From Nitrosopumilales archaeon (GTDB lineage: Archaea > Thermoproteota > Nitrososphaeria > Nitrososphaerales > Nitrososphaeraceae): 64,000 nt of DNA. Shown here piece by piece: positions 59,810 through 64,000 of this stretch. The notes beneath the pieces were generated by a model, which saw only the letters and a list, made by a program, of their open reading frames with translations, was not told where the DNA came from and ran no database searches. Position numbers and translations under genes: made by a program. Each line of letters opens with the position of its first letter. The first letter of the stretch is position 1. The stretch spans positions 1 to 64,000 of the forward strand of contig JBIQJB010000001.1 in the NCBI GenBank assembly GCA_044507735.1. Direction: 5' to 3'.

Positions 59810-60595
59810 TTGGAAACCCATCTATTCAAGAGGGCATTGGGCAACCTTCGTGCTGTTACGGTATCTTTGATGGCGATGGGCATCGCCGCATCATTGGTTA
59901 CTGCATCCTCACTCCCATATTCAATGTTGAATAAGGCTGATGCTGATTTTAGTCCTACGATGATGATGGCAACAGAACCGGGGTTATCATCTGAGCATGA
60001 GGCAAAAGTGTCAAAAAGCGCCAATAATGAGTTTTACCCTGTAATTTCTGAAAGGTGGGGGCAAAATCCAACCGTAGATAGCGAAGAGGAAGCTTCCTAT
60101 GTGGCTGGTTTTGATGTCAAGTTCCCACGCATAGAGTCGTACTATGAATTGCAATTGGCTACCATTGATCAAGTACAGAATGATACTACTAGATACTATG
60201 TCTGGCTTTTCTATTCTCCAACTCCTATAACTGACAAGATGACTATCAACCAGTTCTGGGAACAGGGCGGAATCACCATCAACTACCACGAGAACCTGGT
60301 AAGTGTTCTCAACGATGAGGGCACCAGCGGCCTATCCTACACCGATATGGCGGCTATGGTTGAATCATCCATACAATCAGGGCTGGTCGCCTATGAAGGC
60401 GATATCAACGGTCACAGGATGGTCGCCATAGAAGACAAGCACAGGGAGTTTCAAGGATTTGCCATCCATGACCCTGCGCAGGTAGACTTTATCGCTGGAA
60501 ACACGTATGTGTCACTGCAAGGGTACAAGGCGCTTCCTGACCTAGTACAAATGGCAGAATCTATGCCATTTGATGCTGGACACGAACACCATTAA
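59810..60595 (+). CDS. Secreted hypothetical protein (DUF4367-like)
   Basis: Signal peptide; SEEEAS..AGFDVKFP..YEL; LVQMAESM; start uncertain. Confidence 0.7.
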   Translation: METHLFKRALGNLRAVTVSLMAMGIAASLVTASSLPYSMLNKADADFSPTMMMATEPGLSSEHEAKVSKSANNEFYPVISERWGQNPTVDSEEEASYVAGFDVKFPRIESYYELQLATIDQVQNDTTRYYVWLFYSPTPITDKMTINQFWEQGGITINYHENLVSVLNDEGTSGLSYTDMAAMVESSIQSGLVAYEGDINGHRMVAIEDKHREFQGFAIHDPAQVDFIAGNTYVSLQGYKALPDLVQMAESMPFDAGHEHH

Positions 60596-60719
60596 TGCCA
60601 TCTATGCTTGGCTGCATTTTGGATCATTGTTATCCACTTGTTCTTTCCCTCTATCCTATGCCTGCAACCTTCACAAGTGGTTTTTCGCTGTCAACCATGG
60701 GGCGATGGGTAAGAAAATA

Positions 60720-61265
60720 TCATTTGGATTTTAGCTCTATCCTGCCAACAAAATAATCCATAAACGGCGGAAACTCTTCAAGGCTAACCCGCTCCGGTTC
60801 AGAAGAGGGATAAACACTTGCATTGCGGTAATAGTAACTTATTTCATACCCCTCAAGTTGGACAGCTTCCATCCGGGGAATGCCCGTAGAATTATCAACG
60901 ACGGTCATTACTGCATCGTCATCATCACTTCCAGTCGTGGACAGGTAGACTTTTATAAAATCCTCCATTGTGAGCCTTGTAGGCCGCTGATATTCAATAT
61001 GGATTTGGTTGCCAATATCATCTGTGTGAATCGTCTTTATGCAACCGTCACTCCTTCCAATATTGTCAGGCAAAAGCCTTGGTTTTCCATCAACAACAAT
61101 CTCTATACGTGGTTTTAGCTGGAAATCATGTTCGTTGTGAGCGGTCAGGCAGGCATCGCGGGTATGAGTATCCGGAAAGGCATTGGGGATGATAATGGCC
61201 CACGATGCAACTATGGCAAGGGTGACCCCGATTACGATTCCGACAGGAAATGTTTCTATTCGGAT
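60720..61265 (-). pseudogene. Membrane-anchored protein whose start codon appears to be ATC (mutated or non-canonical)
   Basis: Frame open from 61265 (xRIETFPVGIVIG.. TM) through VDGKPRLLPDNIG..C..IHTDD..IHIE. Confidence 0.6.
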
Positions 61266-61377
61266 GCTCTTTTCTAATGTGAATTTGCTTATCTATTTTG
61301 TGCTTCCGGGTTCTGTCTAGTTATCAGGTGGTTCTCCACCTGTCAAGCGTCGGGTGATCGAAAAGATGCTCTCTTCA

Positions 61378-61692
61378 CTACTTTGCTCTTGATAAGGATA
61401 TGAATGATATATCCATCAGTGCCAAAATCAAGACTATGATGCCAGTGGCTTCTACTATTGAGCCACCGAGAAAGAGAAAGCCCGAGATATTAGGTGTACA
61501 AATAGGTGTTCATGTTTCCATAGATTGCTGGTCGCCATAAAACTCGTCTAGAGAGCCCCTGCTTGCAGTCATGCAATTCTCGTGATCAATCTTGTTCAAA
61601 AAGCCAGACAGTAGCAGGATAGCTCCTATACCAATCATGCCCGCACCAATAGCTACTTTGACTTTCTTTTCTTGCATCGCTGTTTGTAGCAT
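61378..61692 (-). pseudogene. Two-TM membrane protein interrupted by an in-frame TGA at 61510-61512
   Basis: Frame continues TPICTPNISGFLFLGG..GIIVLILAL to TAG at 61378. Confidence 0.55.
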
Positions 61693-61821
61693 AGCAGTTA
61701 GTTATGACTTAAGAAATTTTTGGAAGCGTTCTGGATGACTGGCATCCCAACTTTAGATGCACCTGCAGAGCATTCTGCGAGCCTTTCAGGAACGTGCAGC
61801 CGCACCTGAGTGGGCAGCAGA

Positions 61822-61890
61822 CCTTGCTGAGTAAAAGTGACCTAGCCAAGCGTCATACGACCAACTAGAGCAGCCTATGTAAAATTGCAC
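61822..61890 (-). pseudogene. 5' fragment of a second DUF72 gene
   Basis: MQFYIGCSSWSYDAWLGHFYSAR; 58/69 nt identical to 53142-53210. Confidence 0.85.
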
Positions 61891-61939
61891 TATTGTTATA
61901 TAGCTCCCCGCACACATCTGCTTTTAGAAAGGAACTTAG

Positions 61940-62707
61940 ATGACTTCGGTAGCTGATAAAGTCACTACTATTATACTACTGGTAGTGGTATGCCTGAACC
62001 TTGCCCTTTTAGTTTCAAATACCACAGCCGCAGCAGTTGATGATGACGGGGATTATCCCGCTCTGGTCAATGGAGAGATATCCATAGCATTAGCTACTTC
62101 AAGAGGCACCTCTCAAATCGTTGACAACGAACCTATCAGTGCAACCAAGTACTATGAAATACAGTCAAACTTTTTGAATCCAGAAGACTCGCCCAAGAGT
62201 CTTTCACGGGTCTACTTTGTTTCGCTAGTAGTCGATCGATATGGTTACACTGATGAAGTAGCCATGAACACTTATGGCGACCGGACAATACCGGCTCAGG
62301 ATTACTATGATTTTCATAACCCTTGGTTTCCACAAGCCGCCGGCGAGTACAGAATCAGAACGTTCCTTGTGTCCGGACTTGACCCTCCACAAATCCTGAC
62401 TTCTGCGCTAACAGCTTATGTAACGGTTAGCGAAAGAATTGAGCTGCTAGGAATAGGTGAAAGCAACGAGCGGATAGCAGTTCAAAACATCAATCTGACT
62501 GACAACTCTGTAGATGTAAGCGAAACCTACTGCGTCGGTTCTAGCTATCATAAGCAGGTTGAGGCTACACTTCATGCAGGCGAACACGTAACAATCGGTG
62601 TAGTCGATGTCTACTTTTTGGGTATAGAGGAGGAAGAGAACAACAACAAAGCCAAGTTTAGATTTGAAGCAAATTCCGGCATGGAAGGTGATGTATGCCT
62701 AATCTAG
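61940..62707 (+). CDS. Secreted Ig-like hypothetical protein
   Basis: Signal peptide; paralogous to 57041-57445. Confidence 0.75.
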   Translation: MTSVADKVTTIILLVVVCLNLALLVSNTTAAAVDDDGDYPALVNGEISIALATSRGTSQIVDNEPISATKYYEIQSNFLNPEDSPKSLSRVYFVSLVVDRYGYTDEVAMNTYGDRTIPAQDYYDFHNPWFPQAAGEYRIRTFLVSGLDPPQILTSALTAYVTVSERIELLGIGESNERIAVQNINLTDNSVDVSETYCVGSSYHKQVEATLHAGEHVTIGVVDVYFLGIEEEENNNKAKFRFEANSGMEGDVCLI

Positions 62708-62822
62708 TTATGGCATATCTTCCCTCCCTCTCCGTATGGCATCTTCAAGATTCAGGTTAACGCATGCTTCTTGAGATAGAGTTTTGCCGTCTAGCCCTTC
62801 ATATCTTTTGAGCCTTTGCCTG

Positions 62823-63452
62823 CTAGTATTCTTTCAAAGATTCTGCAATAGCCGCTAGTTGCTCCAGTGGAATGTCAGTTGACCGAGCCTGTATCTTTAC
62901 AATGGTTCCAGTCATGTCGTCAACTACCCACATTGTGGCAGGATGCTCGTTTTCAGACCTGTGGACTATTTCGCCATTTTCGTCTATAGCTATCGATTCA
63001 GACAATCCCCTGTCGTATCCGACGGCATGCATCCTTCCATTCTGAAAAACGTAGCTCTTCGCTTCAAGCGCACTTCCCGTAATGCTTGCAACAGCCCTCT
63101 GGACATACTCTTCACCAGTTTTTGCGGTGCTTGCTGCGCTCAAGGGAGATTCAACAATTTCAATGAACCCTTCTTCTGGCGATGCCGGGTTATCGGGGTC
63201 GCACACTGACCGGGTAAAATACTGCATATACACAGTATCCGGCGGTGCATACTCTACTGACTGCAGAGAATAGCCAGCCGGCAGTGACTTTGGTAGCAGT
63301 ATTACAAATGAAGCGTTCGCTTTAACGCTCTCGATGCTCTGCCAACAGAGAACTTTGTAGTTCGGCGCGCCACTGACGAATATCGAGAACACCAATACCA
63401 GCATAATGCCAACAGCCAAACCGGCAACTACGGGTGCTGTTTCTACAGCCAA
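62823..63452 (-). CDS. Membrane-anchored hypothetical protein (DUF4367-like)
   Basis: TM; ASFVILLPKSLPAGYSL; LAAIAESL. Confidence 0.75.
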   Translation of the reverse strand: MAVETAPVVAGLAVGIMLVLVFSIFVSGAPNYKVLCWQSIESVKANASFVILLPKSLPAGYSLQSVEYAPPDTVYMQYFTRSVCDPDNPASPEEGFIEIVESPLSAASTAKTGEEYVQRAVASITGSALEAKSYVFQNGRMHAVGYDRGLSESIAIDENGEIVHRSENEHPATMWVVDDMTGTIVKIQARSTDIPLEQLAAIAESLKEY

Positions 63453-63519
63453 ACTATCTAATGGAAAAGCAGACGTTTACTTTAGTATTGTGCAGATAAC
63501 GTCCATATGGGTTCCAAGT

Positions 63520-63554
63520 GGCTGAGGTCGTGGGTTCAAATCCCACCCGGTCCA
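63520..63554 (+). other. 3' fragment of a tRNA (probably Ala), att-like remnant
   Basis: GGCTG AGGTC GTGGG TTCAAAT CCCAC CCGGTCC A with U70 and A73; no 5' half upstream. Confidence 0.8.
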
Positions 63555-63665
63555 CTCCTACTACCTATTCTATAACTACTGCATTGAATTGAGCGCGTTT
63601 TTGGGATTTGTCCGACACTCAATCTTTGATAAATACGGGGCTGTAATGTTCTTGAGCCATTTCAA

Positions 63666-64000
63666 CTAGCATGGTAGAGCATTGTTACGCAATAGTTTCA
63701 GCACATCCTCTTGGTCTATTACCGAGCTGCTGAAGCCGCTTGGGTTTCCCAAATACGATATCCCACATCGAAGCTTCGTCTCCCGGATATTACCATCAAG
63801 GTCAATCACAACATGGAGATTAGGGTATTCATATCGAATAAGCGAAGCGCCGCCGTAAACGACTATTGTTCTGGCAGGAGCAACGTATCCAACAGTTATC
63901 GCCGGATCCGAGCTTGCAATATTTCCATTTTCGTCATATTCTACAAAAGGCTCTCTATTCACAAGCCCTTCCTTTGCAAAGTAATAGTTTGCAAGAAAAA
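63666..64000 (-). CDS. Hypothetical protein, 5' end outside the window
   Basis: Frame open from the window edge to TAG at 63666. Confidence 0.55.
   Translation of the reverse strand, partial: FLANYYFAKEGLVNREPFVEYDENGNIASSDPAITVGYVAPARTIVVYGGASLIRYEYPNLHVVIDLDGNIRETKLRCGISYLGNPSGFSSSVIDQEDVLKLLRNNALPC

Larger units (their letters stand above)
39126..64000. mobile_element. tRNA-Ser-associated integrative element / genomic island (right boundary not resolved)
   Basis: Integrase immediately 3' of the tRNA, followed by replication-like, defence and cargo genes and pseudogenes. Confidence 0.8.

Noticed and set aside
363-63273. Numerous antisense and alternate-frame ORFs in the track
   Set aside because: Shadows of well-supported genes, with no recognisable motifs

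Overview
Archaeal chromosome segment from an ammonia-oxidising archaeon (Nitrososphaeraceae-like; fused RpoA, acetyl/propionyl-CoA carboxylase cluster, leaderless TATA promoters). 1-38.3 kb is mostly core genome: rpoH-rpoB-rpoA-L30e-nusA-S12-S7, an accessory block (PEF-CTERM protein, two alpha/beta hydrolases, FAD oxidoreductase, secreted proteins), RFC large subunit, the acc operon, peroxiredoxin, iscS-larE-larC and mdh-larB (nickel-pincer cofactor biosynthesis), then L18-S5-L30-L15-secY-adk-DUF106-cmk-cbf5. An intron-containing tRNA-Ser(GGA) at 39025-39125 is followed by an integrative element/island running to the window end. It holds a tyrosine integrase, a putative replication module (hairpin, AbrB-like gene, Rep_trans-like gene, iteron-like repeats), a defence block (PD-(D/E)XK nuclease, beta-CASP MBL hydrolase, RusA-like gene, type III R-M whose res gene is frameshifted in an (AG)n tract, DUF72), and an array of small secreted/membrane protein genes with a recurring CCAAAGGCTCAAAAGC junction motif, pseudogenes, a MITE and a tRNA-Ala 3' fragment. 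The top novelty candidates are an anticodon-less tRNA-like small RNA after S7, the cassette-like array, the Rep_trans-like replicon, the possibly phase-variable res gene and a divergent prenyltransferase-fold protein. All family calls come from motifs recognised by eye; no database searches were run.
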